Position numbers and translations under genes: made by a program. Below the pieces are notes generated by a model. It saw only the letters and a list, made by a program, of their open reading frames with translations. It had not been told where the DNA came from and ran no database searches. Below, piece by piece: positions 10,473-19,314 of a stretch of DNA of 64,000 nt. Source of the stretch: an uncultured delta proteobacterium (GTDB taxonomy: Bacteria > Myxococcota > Myxococcia > Myxococcales > Myxococcaceae); assembly GCA_963713045.1 (NCBI GenBank), contig CAVQKE010000003.1, forward strand, positions 960,001-1,024,000. The letters run 5' to 3'. Positions within the stretch are counted from its first letter, which is position 1; each line of letters opens with the position of its first letter.

Positions 10473-11483
10473 GTGAGGGACCTGCATTCGCTTGGACTCA
10501 AGACAGTGGACGGCCGCGTGCTGGTGCTCGACCAAACGCGCCTTCCCGACGTCGAGGAGTGGCTCGACGGAACAACGCCGAAGGCCATGGTGGAGTGCAT
10601 CCGCCGTCTCAGCGTACGCGGCGCGCCATTGATTGGCATCTCCGCAGCGTTGAGCCTCGCCGCCTACGCCGAGGGGGGCGCACCGCGCGCTGCACTCGAG
10701 CAGGCGTGCGCCGCACTGGGTGCCGCCCGTCCGACTGCGGCCAACCTCGGGTGGGCGATGGACCAAATGCGGCAGGTGCTCACCGTCGGCGGAGGCGTCC
10801 AGCAGTTGGTGCAGCAGGCCGAGGCAATTTTTCAGCAGGACGTTCAGTTTTGCGAACGGATGGCGGACCATGGAGCAGCGCTCGTTGCAGAGGGCGAGGG
10901 AATTCTCACCCACTGCAACACCGGCGGCCTGGTCTCCGCCGGCATCGGGACCGCCCTGGGCGTCATTCGCCGAGCCCACGAGATGGGTAAGGGCATTCAC
11001 GTTTGGGTGGATGAGACGCGGCCCCTACTTCAGGGCGGGAGGCTAACGGCGTGGGAACTGGGCCGGCTCGGCGTTCCTCATACCCTCATCACCGACAGCA
11101 CCGCGGCCGCTGTCCTTGCCCAGGGGAAGGTGCAACGCGTCCTCGTCGGGGCTGACCGCATCGCCCGGAACGGAGACTTCGCCAACAAGGTGGGCACCTA
11201 CGCCCTGGCCATCGTCGCCCGCCACCACCGGGTGCCCTTCCACGCGGTGGCCCCTTGGTCCACGGTCGACCTCTCCTGCGAAAGCGGTCGAGACATCCCC
11301 ATCGAGGAGCGTGCCGCGTCAGAAGTGCGCGGCTACGGCGAGATGCGTTGGGCCCCAAGGGGCGTCAGCGTCTTTAACCCTGCCTTCGACGTCACGCCTG
11401 CTGGCTTGCTCGAGTCCTTGGTGCTGGACCGGGGTGTCTTCGGGCGCGGCGAACTGTCGCGTGGACTTCAGGCCCTCATCTGA
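10473..11483 (+). CDS. mtnA: S-methyl-5-thioribose-1-phosphate isomerase
   Basis: LDQTRLP, VRGAPLIG, RPTAANL, THCNTG, DETRP..QG.RLTAWEL, GADRIA.NGD.ANKVGT, NPAFDVTP. GTG start at 10473. Confidence 0.93.
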   Translation: MRDLHSLGLKTVDGRVLVLDQTRLPDVEEWLDGTTPKAMVECIRRLSVRGAPLIGISAALSLAAYAEGGAPRAALEQACAALGAARPTAANLGWAMDQMRQVLTVGGGVQQLVQQAEAIFQQDVQFCERMADHGAALVAEGEGILTHCNTGGLVSAGIGTALGVIRRAHEMGKGIHVWVDETRPLLQGGRLTAWELGRLGVPHTLITDSTAAAVLAQGKVQRVLVGADRIARNGDFANKVGTYALAIVARHHRVPFHAVAPWSTVDLSCESGRDIPIEERAASEVRGYGEMRWAPRGVSVFNPAFDVTPAGLLESLVLDRGVFGRGELSRGLQALI

Positions 11484-11506
11484 GCATCAGCGCCGCAGAC
11501 GGGGGC

Positions 11507-12802
11507 TTACGGTTGCGCTTGCAGTTGCTCCGCGACTTCGAAGCGACGAAGGGACCAGCCCTTCCAGCTTCCCCGCGGATGGACGCGGGTAAAGCCAACC
11601 CACTGAATGCCTTCCAGGCCCTCCAAGGGAAGCGTCACGTCGAAGTGCCCTTCGGCATCCACCGGCGCTATCAAACGCTTGACTGGGTCGCGCTCGCCTT
11701 GGGGGCGCACCCACAGCAAGACCTCTCGGGTGGGGGTTTCCACTCGGCCGCGAATCTCCACCGCAGTGTTGGGTAGCAGGAGGGGTAATTCGGTCTCGAG
11801 CGCGATTTGCTGACTCGAGAAGACGGTGGCGGGCACCGTCGCCAGCGCAATGTCCCCAGAGAAGTCCGGCCCCCGAACGTTGCCCGACTCGACCACCTGT
11901 CCGGCCTGCGGAACGCCCGATTCGACGTCGAGAAAGCACGCCGGCCGGGACTCGAGGCTGGCGTCCTCCAGAGCGAAGTGCAGGTGCGGGCCGGTGGACA
12001 TGCCGGTGTCGCCCGAGTAGCCGATGAGTTCGCCTCGTGCCACCCGCTGCCCCGGTCGAACACGCGTCCCGTGATGGCGGAGATGGCCATATTCGCTGAG
12101 CAGTCCAGAGCCGTGGTCGATGACCACGAAGTTGTACTGGTCAGGGTCCATGTCCGCTGAGCGGTCGAAACGGTCCTGGGTTTGGACCACCACGCCTGGA
12201 GCGACTGCGACGATGGGCGTCCCGATTGCGACGTTGAAGTCGAACGCGAAACGCGATGTTCCGTGGTGCGTGAAACGACCGTTGTTTCCTTGGCTGACGA
12301 AGGCCGTGTCCCTGGCCTCGAAGGGAAGGAAGATGCGGGGGGCGGTCGCATCACAGGCCCAGAGCGACCGCCGGCGAACGCCTCCGTCGGCTTGGACCAT
12401 TCCAGCATCGCTCCCACCGTCAACGGCGCAGCTCGTTCCGCCGTCGCGGTGGACGTCAAGTAGGTCCGCTGGTGCATTCAATAGTTCACGGACAAGGTCG
12501 CGGCGACGGGCCTCCTCCTCGGCGAGTAGCGCGCGGCCGTTGCGAATGCGCTCCAGCAATTCGAGCGCCGCGGCGTGGTCCAAACTCGCCGCCGGAACCG
12601 TCTGCAAAAGGCTCACCACCCGGTCCATCTCCGGACGTGCGTAAGCCGCATCGAGGTGTTGGCCGTACAGCTGACTGAAGAGACGGTGCGCCTCTTCGTA
12701 CTCGGGCGAGGTGGTCTGCCGACACCCGAGCAGCAGGGTCAGCGCGGCCAATGCGACGTTGAGCACCCGGGCCCGCACCCACATGGAGCTGGAGTGTCGC
12801 AC
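11507..12802 (-). CDS. Lipoprotein with M23 (LytM) metallopeptidase domain
   Basis: Lipobox LLLGC; H..(FAF)DF, YGHL, GQRV.RGELIG.SG.TG.STGPHLHF motifs. The start may be at 12784. Confidence 0.85.
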   Translation of the reverse strand: MRHSSSMWVRARVLNVALAALTLLLGCRQTTSPEYEEAHRLFSQLYGQHLDAAYARPEMDRVVSLLQTVPAASLDHAAALELLERIRNGRALLAEEEARRRDLVRELLNAPADLLDVHRDGGTSCAVDGGSDAGMVQADGGVRRRSLWACDATAPRIFLPFEARDTAFVSQGNNGRFTHHGTSRFAFDFNVAIGTPIVAVAPGVVVQTQDRFDRSADMDPDQYNFVVIDHGSGLLSEYGHLRHHGTRVRPGQRVARGELIGYSGDTGMSTGPHLHFALEDASLESRPACFLDVESGVPQAGQVVESGNVRGPDFSGDIALATVPATVFSSQQIALETELPLLLPNTAVEIRGRVETPTREVLLWVRPQGERDPVKRLIAPVDAEGHFDVTLPLEGLEGIQWVGFTRVHPRGSWKGWSLRRFEVAEQLQAQP

Positions 12803-12856
12803 AGGCCGGGCTGAGCCAGGGCGAAGCCGGGGAAGCCCGGGAAGTCCCTCCGAGGC

Positions 12857-15800
12857 TCAGCCCAGCTCGACGACCTTTTCTCCGAAGAGCCGGTCGACCT
12901 GCGAGATGAGCTCGTCCGTCACGTCGACCTTCAGCGGGGCACCAATGACGGCCTCAGCCTCCCCGGGAAACACAATGGACAGCGCGACCGGCGTCGCACC
13001 GGGTTGCGATTGGGCAAGCCGAGAGAGCTCCTCCAAACGCGCGTCGGTGACCAGGTCCGCGCGGACCCGGAGCTCGAGGCGCTTGAGGCGCTTGTCCCGA
13101 ACGTCTTTGAGACTCTGCACCTGCTCGACGATGAGCTCTGCGACCGGGTTCTCCTCATCGCGAATGTTCACCTGCACGGTCCCGGTGACCAGGATGGGGT
13201 CGTCTGCTTTGAGGAGGTGCTCCCAGGCCTCGTACCCGGGCCGGGCTGCGCCCTTGGTCCACTTCCCGTCCCTCCCCATCACGCTTCGACCGCCGTCTTT
13301 GCCTGGGAAGCACACCAGTTCCACGGAACCGGACAGGTCCTCCAGCGTCACCCAGGCCATGCGTTTGCCAGTCTTGGTCGGCCGTTCCCGAAGCTGGGCA
13401 ACGATGCCGGCCACGGTCACCGTTTCGTCGCGCCGGGCACGTTGCACGGAGGCGGCTGGTCGTGCCCAGCGCCGTAGCTCGCGCTCATATTGGTGCAGCG
13501 GATGTCCAGACACGTAGAAGCCGATGGCTTCCTTCTCGGCTGCCAGTCGCTCCTTCTCGGGCCATTCCTCGGCTGGGACGTATTCGCCACTGGCCACTTT
13601 GGTTGCGGTGGGACCCGCCGCCCCAAGCAGCCCGAACAGCGATGACTGCCCCACCGCTCGGTCGCGCTGCGCCGACGCACCGCGCTCCGTCGCCCGCTCG
13701 ACACTGAGGAAGAGCTGCCGTCGCGGACGGCGCTCGAAGTCGAAGGCACCGGCCTTGACCAGCGCCTCCAGTCCCTTTCGGTTCACCCGTCGAGAATCGA
13801 CGCGTTCGCAAAAATCGAAGAGGTCTCGAAAGGGGCCGTTGGCCCGCGCCTCGAGGATGGCCTCGATGGCGCTTTCTCCGACGCCCTTGATGGCCCCCAG
13901 CCCGAAACGGATTTTCCCGTCCACTGCCCCAAAGGCGAGGTCCGACTGGTTGACGTCTGGAGGGAGCACCTCCAATCCAGCGGCGCGCGCCTCAGCGATG
14001 TGGGCCACCACCTTGTCGGTGTTGTCCTTTTCGCTGGTGAGCAGCGCCGCCGTGAATTCAGTGGGGTAGTGAGCTTTCAGCCAGGCGGTCTGCACCGTGA
14101 TGAGCCCGTAGGCGGCGGAGTGCGACTTGTTGAAGCCGTACTCGGCAAACTTCTCCATCAAGTCGAAAATCTCTCCGGCGACCTTCGCTTCCACCCCCTT
14201 CTGTCGGCAGCCATCCAGGAAGCCGGCCCGTTCGGCCTGCATCACCTCAGCCTTCTTCTTGCCCATCGCTCGCCGGAGCAGGTCGGCACGCCCCAGCGAG
14301 TAGCCGCCCAACACCTGGCTAATCTGCATCACCTGTTCTTGGTAGACGATGACGCCGTAGGTGTCTTTGAGGACTGGCTCGAGCGCCGGATGGGGGAAGA
14401 CGACCTTCTCTCGCCCGTGCTTGCGGGCGATGAAGACATCCACCATCCCCGAGTCGAGCGGTCCCGGTCGGTACAGCGCACCCGCCGCAATCACGTCCTC
14501 GAAGCAGGTCGGTTTGAGTTTCATCACCATCTCGGTGAAGCCACTCGACTCCATCTGAAAGACGCCCGCGGTGTCCCCCCGAGAGATGAGCTGGAACGTG
14601 GCCGGGTCGGCGATGGGAATCTGATGGGCCTGCAGTGTCTGATCCACCGGCCGGTTGCGGTTGATGAGCGTCAGTGCGTGCTGGATGACGGTGAGGGTCG
14701 TCAGTCCGAGGAAGTCGAACTTGACCAGTCCGGCGGCCTCCACCTCATCCTTGGCGAACTGGGTGATGAGCACCTTTTCGCCCGGCGGCTGATAGATGGG
14801 GACATAATTCCAAAGCGGCTGGTCCGCGATGACTACCCCGGCAGCGTGCATGCCGGCCTGACGGTGGAGTCCTTCCAGGGCAAGCGCAATCTCGAGCAGC
14901 TCCTTGGAGGTGACTTGCCGTCCGTCCTCGAGGGTGCCCAAGACGGTGGGCGAGTCAATCATCTCTTTAAGACGCGGCTCCTTCTCGATGGCTTCCTTGA
15001 GGGTGATGTTGAGGATTTCCGGGACGAGCTTGGCGATGCGATCGCCCTCGGAAAAGGGCAAACCGAAGACGCGCGCCACATCGCGCAGCACGCTCTTCGC
15101 CTTGAGCGAGCCGAAGGTGATGATTTGGCCGACGTTGTTTTGGCCATATTTGCCGGCGACGTACTCAATCACCTCGTCGCGCCGCTCCTGGCAAAAGTCG
15201 ATGTCGAAGTCGGGCATCGAGACGCGCTCTGGGTTGAGAAACCGCTCGAACAGCAAGTTGTAGGGGAGCGGGTCGAGGTCGGTAATGCGAAGCGCGTAGG
15301 CCACCAGAGAGCCTGCGCCTGAACCACGTCCCGGGCCGACCGGGATAGCGTTGCGCTTCGCCCAGTTGATGAAGTCCTGGACGATGAGGAAGTAGCTGGA
15401 GAATCCCATCGCCGAAATCATCGCCAGCTCGGTCCCGAGGCGATGCAGGTAGGTCTCGCGGTCTACGGGGTAGCTCAGCTCCCGAAAGCGTTCCTCCATC
15501 CCGCGGGTGGCGAGTTCGGCCATGTAGGAGTCGGGCGTGTGGGCCTCCGGCACTCGGAAGGTGGGGAGCATTGGCTTGCCCAGCTTCAATTCGAGCGTGC
15601 AGGCCTCGGCGATGCGCATCGTGTTGTGCACCGCCTCCGGAACGTCGGCGAAGCAGGCCAGCATTTCCTCCGGGCTGGTGACGTAGAGCTTGTCGGTGGT
15701 GTGCTTCATCCGCTTGTTGTCGGCCAGCGTTTTGCCCGAGGCGATGGCCATCAACAGCTCGTGAGCCCGAGCGTCCTCACGTTTGATGTAGTGGGCATCC

Positions 15801-16405
15801 GCCGTGGCCACCAGCGGCACGCCGACGTCACGAGAGAGTTGTTTGAGGTTGGTGTTGGCGAGCTCCTGCTCGGGAAGCCCATTGGACTGGACCTCGAGGA
15901 AGAAATGGTCCGGGGCAAAAATCTGCTGGTACTCGCGCGCCGTCCGGCGAGCGTGGTCCATGTCCCCCCGAAAACAGGCGGCGGTAATCTCGCCGCCGAG
16001 GCAAGCGGTCAGGCCGAACAGACCGCCGCTGTGCTCGCCGAGCAGCTGCTTGTCGATGCGTGGGTGGTAGTAGAAACCGTCGAGGTAAGCCCGCGAAGCG
16101 AGAATCCGGAGGTTGGCGTACCCCTCCTCGTTCTTGGCCAAAAGGATGAGATGGTGAGCCACCTTCTCGTTCCGGTCGGCGCGACCTTTGTCGCCGGCCA
16201 CATAGGCCTCCATCCCGAGGATGGGCTTGACGCCGGCGTCCTTGGCCTTCCGGTAAAAGTCGATGGCTCCGAACATGTTGCCATGGTCGGTCACTGCAAC
16301 GGCGGACATCCCCTTGGCCTGGACCGTCTTGATGAGGTCCTTCATTCGAATCGCGCCGTCGAGGAGGGAATACAGCGTGTGGAGGTGCAAATGGGTGAAG
16401 GACAT
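12857..16405 (-). CDS. dnaE: DNA polymerase III alpha subunit
   Basis: MSFTHLHLHTLYSLLDG PHP start, GRGSGAGS, PDFDIDF, KFDFLGL, FNKSHS and an OB fold. True start at 16405. Confidence 0.97.
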   Translation of the reverse strand: MSFTHLHLHTLYSLLDGAIRMKDLIKTVQAKGMSAVAVTDHGNMFGAIDFYRKAKDAGVKPILGMEAYVAGDKGRADRNEKVAHHLILLAKNEEGYANLRILASRAYLDGFYYHPRIDKQLLGEHSGGLFGLTACLGGEITAACFRGDMDHARRTAREYQQIFAPDHFFLEVQSNGLPEQELANTNLKQLSRDVGVPLVATADAHYIKREDARAHELLMAIASGKTLADNKRMKHTTDKLYVTSPEEMLACFADVPEAVHNTMRIAEACTLELKLGKPMLPTFRVPEAHTPDSYMAELATRGMEERFRELSYPVDRETYLHRLGTELAMISAMGFSSYFLIVQDFINWAKRNAIPVGPGRGSGAGSLVAYALRITDLDPLPYNLLFERFLNPERVSMPDFDIDFCQERRDEVIEYVAGKYGQNNVGQIITFGSLKAKSVLRDVARVFGLPFSEGDRIAKLVPEILNITLKEAIEKEPRLKEMIDSPTVLGTLEDGRQVTSKELLEIALALEGLHRQAGMHAAGVVIADQPLWNYVPIYQPPGEKVLITQFAKDEVEAAGLVKFDFLGLTTLTVIQHALTLINRNRPVDQTLQAHQIPIADPATFQLISRGDTAGVFQMESSGFTEMVMKLKPTCFEDVIAAGALYRPGPLDSGMVDVFIARKHGREKVVFPHPALEPVLKDTYGVIVYQEQVMQISQVLGGYSLGRADLLRRAMGKKKAEVMQAERAGFLDGCRQKGVEAKVAGEIFDLMEKFAEYGFNKSHSAAYGLITVQTAWLKAHYPTEFTAALLTSEKDNTDKVVAHIAEARAAGLEVLPPDVNQSDLAFGAVDGKIRFGLGAIKGVGESAIEAILEARANGPFRDLFDFCERVDSRRVNRKGLEALVKAGAFDFERRPRRQLFLSVERATERGASAQRDRAVGQSSLFGLLGAAGPTATKVASGEYVPAEEWPEKERLAAEKEAIGFYVSGHPLHQYERELRRWARPAASVQRARRDETVTVAGIVAQLRERPTKTGKRMAWVTLEDLSGSVELVCFPGKDGGRSVMGRDGKWTKGAARPGYEAWEHLLKADDPILVTGTVQVNIRDEENPVAELIVEQVQSLKDVRDKRLKRLELRVRADLVTDARLEELSRLAQSQPGATPVALSIVFPGEAEAVIGAPLKVDVTDELISQVDRLFGEKVVELG

Positions 16406-16564
16406 GGGCCAGTGGACGAAGTAACACGACCGGGCGACGCAAGCCCGCCCTGACCGACCCGCCCGCGCTGGGCCAGTCGCCCTTCTAAGGCCCGCATCCT
16501 CCGTCCCCACGCGAGGGCTCGAGGAGCCGTCGGGCCGGCGGAGTAGCCTCCCGGGCTTCTTCCC

Positions 16565-18196
16565 ATGCTCTCCCCACGGCAAGCGACCGCCTTGCTCGCG
16601 CCCGAGGACCGCCGCCGGCAGGGCGTCTACCTCACCCCGCCAGAGCTGGTGGAAACGGTCCTCGACTTGGCCCTTCCCTTGCTCCCGGCCGGAGCGCTGA
16701 CCATCGTCGACCCGGCCTGTGGGGACGGGGCATTCTTGGCCGCCGCAGCGGCGCGCCTCCCGAGGGCCCAACTCTTCGGCCTGGAACTCTCCGAGGTCCT
16801 CGCCGGGGCGGCGCGCGCTCGGGTTCCCCGGGCTCGTGTCCTCGTCGGCGATGGTTTGCGCGGGGGCTGGACCGAGCTGCAAGCCGCTTTGCCCCCGGGG
16901 AACGTCGAGCTTTGGCTGGGAAACCCGCCCTACAACGGGACCTCTCCGTTGCTGCGAGACGCTCGAGCCTACGCCGCGCTCCTCGGCCGCATCGGTCTTA
17001 AAGACGCTCTTCCCCCGGGGACAAGTCTTCGGGACGACTTTGCATTTTTCATCCTCCTGGCTGCCCACCACCTTCGGGAGCGGCAAGGGGTGCTCGCCTG
17101 GGTCACCCCGGCCACGCTGCTCGACGCCTTCCTTTATGCGCCACTGCGACAGCGTCTGATGACGTCGTTCGCCTTGGAGCACGTGGTGGACCTCGGCTCT
17201 GGCGCCTTTGCAGAGACGCGCGTCCGAACCTGCGTCACGGTTTGGCGTTGTGCCGGCCCTCGCCGACAGGCGCGGTTCCGCCAGCGACTCTCAGCCGAAA
17301 CACTCCAGTTTGGAGAGGAGACGCGGTTTGTTCCTGAGGCGCCCGAATGGAACCTTCGACCGACGAGCTCTGAAGCGCGTTCGCTCGACGCCGCTTGGCG
17401 CGCCCGCGGAGAACCCCTCGACCTGCTGGTCCCAGTGCACTGCAGCGGACTCAAGACTCGCTTCGACGAATTGCTGGTCGATGCCGACGCGGAGGTACTG
17501 CTGCAGCGGGTCGATGCCTTCCTCAGGACGCCGGCGCACCAAATGAGGCGCTTCGCGAAGGGGTTCGGTCTTCCGGCCGCCCTCATCCCGAAGCTCGAGG
17601 GACTTCGCCGAACTCCGGGCCTTCCCAAGCGGGCTGAGGCAACCTCTGTTCGCCGCTTCTTCCGCTATGCCGGGGCGCGCCATCGTAGCCGCGTACCCGA
17701 CTCGGCCCGGGCCTTTTGCTACCTGGACCGGCGTCTCATTCCCCGCGGCGACCATCGGCTGAACGGCCGCTTCGACCCCCACCTTCACCCGTGCAAGCTG
17801 GTCTTCAACCTGCGCGAGTTGCCGCTCTCGGCCGCTCTTCTGGCAGCGCCGGGCTGCGTTCCAGCCCACCGCCATGCCCGCTTCGCTCCGCTCGAAGTCC
17901 CGCAGCGCGTATGGGCGCAGGGACCGGGTGTGGCTCGCCGTGTCAGGAGCCTTGGCCCGGCCGTCTTGAATCTCTCGGCCGGCGGCCGAGCGTGGGCCCA
18001 TCGGCTCGGCAGCGGGCGCGCCGCCTTCGAGTGCATCGTGAGGTTCGTCAACAGTCCGGCGGTGCAAGGGGTGTGGGCTCCCGCGTTTGGTCGCTCGCGC
18101 TCGCTTCCCATTCCTCTGGATATGGTGTTGGAGAGCGGCGACGGATTTGGCGTCGCCAGTGGCCCCTCCGTGGGGTTAGGACTGCCCTCTCTCTAG
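16565..18196 (+). CDS. N6-adenine DNA methyltransferase (gamma class) with a C-terminal specificity-like domain
   Basis: GVYLTP, motif I DPACGDGAFL, motif IV GNPPY. No nuclease or helicase partner nearby. Confidence 0.85.
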   Translation: MLSPRQATALLAPEDRRRQGVYLTPPELVETVLDLALPLLPAGALTIVDPACGDGAFLAAAAARLPRAQLFGLELSEVLAGAARARVPRARVLVGDGLRGGWTELQAALPPGNVELWLGNPPYNGTSPLLRDARAYAALLGRIGLKDALPPGTSLRDDFAFFILLAAHHLRERQGVLAWVTPATLLDAFLYAPLRQRLMTSFALEHVVDLGSGAFAETRVRTCVTVWRCAGPRRQARFRQRLSAETLQFGEETRFVPEAPEWNLRPTSSEARSLDAAWRARGEPLDLLVPVHCSGLKTRFDELLVDADAEVLLQRVDAFLRTPAHQMRRFAKGFGLPAALIPKLEGLRRTPGLPKRAEATSVRRFFRYAGARHRSRVPDSARAFCYLDRRLIPRGDHRLNGRFDPHLHPCKLVFNLRELPLSAALLAAPGCVPAHRHARFAPLEVPQRVWAQGPGVARRVRSLGPAVLNLSAGGRAWAHRLGSGRAAFECIVRFVNSPAVQGVWAPAFGRSRSLPIPLDMVLESGDGFGVASGPSVGLGLPSL

Positions 18197-18206
18197 GAGG
18201 TACGTG

Positions 18207-18749
18207 ATGAGACGAACCGTTCGCATCGGACTGATGGCAGCCCTGCTCAGTTCAAGTCTGGCGCTCGGGCAAAGCCCAGCGCCGACGGCAAGTGCTGCCG
18301 CGCCCGCGACAAAAACCGTCGAACTCAAGGACCAGAAGGGGAAACTGGTGGGAACGGTGGTCTTGATGGACACCCCTCACGGCCTTCTTTTGCGCGGGAG
18401 TCTGACTGGTCTTCCGCCCGGCACCCACGCCATCCATTTCCACGAGATTGGCAAGTGCGAGCCCCCCTTCAAGAGTTCGGGAGGGCACTTCAACCCAACC
18501 AAGAAGGAGCATGGCATCCTGGACGCCGCGGGCCCGCACGCCGGAGACTTGCCGAACCTGGTCATCCCGAAGAATGGAAAGCTCGACTTCGAGCTTTTCG
18601 CCATGGACCTCACCTTGGCCCCAGGGACGAACACGGTGATGGATGACGACGGCACGGCACTGGTCATCCATGCCAAGGCCGACGACTACAAGAGCCAGCC
18701 TGCCGGGGCCGCCGGCGACCGAATCGCCTGCGGCGTCATTACCAAGTAG
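18207..18749 (+). CDS. sodC: Periplasmic Cu/Zn superoxide dismutase
   Basis: Signal peptide; HAIHFHE, GGHFNP, EHG, HAGDLPNL, ALVIHA, RIACG; AGGAGG RBS. Confidence 0.93.
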   Translation: MRRTVRIGLMAALLSSSLALGQSPAPTASAAAPATKTVELKDQKGKLVGTVVLMDTPHGLLLRGSLTGLPPGTHAIHFHEIGKCEPPFKSSGGHFNPTKKEHGILDAAGPHAGDLPNLVIPKNGKLDFELFAMDLTLAPGTNTVMDDDGTALVIHAKADDYKSQPAGAAGDRIACGVITK

Positions 18750-18900
18750 CGGCGGCGGCGATGGCCGCCCCCCGAGGCCCGCCGCCCGCGCCCGCCGCCC
18801 GCGCCTCGACGTTCTCCTCGGCTCCAAATCCACCTGTCAGCGACGTCTCCGGTCCAAACTGTCAGCGATCACCCCGGTCCGTACCGGGGTGGGCCGCATA

Positions 18901-18916
18901 CTGAACGGATTGTCAG
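18901..18916. promoter_or_regulatory. Putative Myxococcus-type LexA (SOS) box
   Basis: Minus strand CTGACAATCCGTTCAG matches the M. xanthus consensus CTRHAMRYBYGTTCAG at 15 of 16 positions. It overlaps a CATACT -10-like hexamer (18897-18902) and ends 23 nt upstream of ATG 18940. Confidence 0.65.
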
Positions 18917-18939
18917 TCCGGCATGAGAGAGTGCCTCTC

Positions 18940-19314
18940 ATGGAAGGGAAGCCGACCCATCCGGGCCGAATCATCGAACAGCACAGCCTGCTGGGCGGTG
19001 TCGACTTGGTCACGCCCACGCCGCGGCGCGGTTCCCGGCGCACCGTCCACGTCGATTCACGTTGGAAGGTGGGGTTTGCGGCCGCCCTGGCGCTGGTGGT
19101 CGAGCACGGAAAGAAGGCCCAGGAACGAGCCGGAATGCCGCCGCGCACACGCTGCCCACGCTGCCAGCGGCTGGGAGATACCCAGCGCGACTTCGGCATT
19201 CGGCTGGTCAGGGGTCGGCCAATTCCGCAGTCCTGGTGTCGGAACTGTCGGTCTGGGCAGAGGGCCCACGGCGGACCAGGCCAGCGCGACTTGCTCGCCC
19301 CCACCGCCGCCTAA
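18940..19314 (+). CDS. Small basic Zn-finger protein (CxxC...CxxC), 124 aa
   Basis: CPRC-x25-CRNC. It fills the gap between sodC and the convergent gene and has promoter-like elements upstream. Confidence 0.65.
   Translation: MEGKPTHPGRIIEQHSLLGGVDLVTPTPRRGSRRTVHVDSRWKVGFAAALALVVEHGKKAQERAGMPPRTRCPRCQRLGDTQRDFGIRLVRGRPIPQSWCRNCRSGQRAHGGPGQRDLLAPTAA

Noticed and set aside
16406..17182. 258-aa N-terminal extension of DnaE in the ORF track
   Set aside because: It is the antisense shadow of the methyltransferase. Canonical DnaE begins at MSFTHLH (16405).
18778..18803. 13-bp tandem CCCGCCGCCCGCG x2 after sodC
   Set aside because: Low-complexity GC sequence, probably the partner arm of a terminator-like fold with the upstream GGCGGCGG. 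Not an array.
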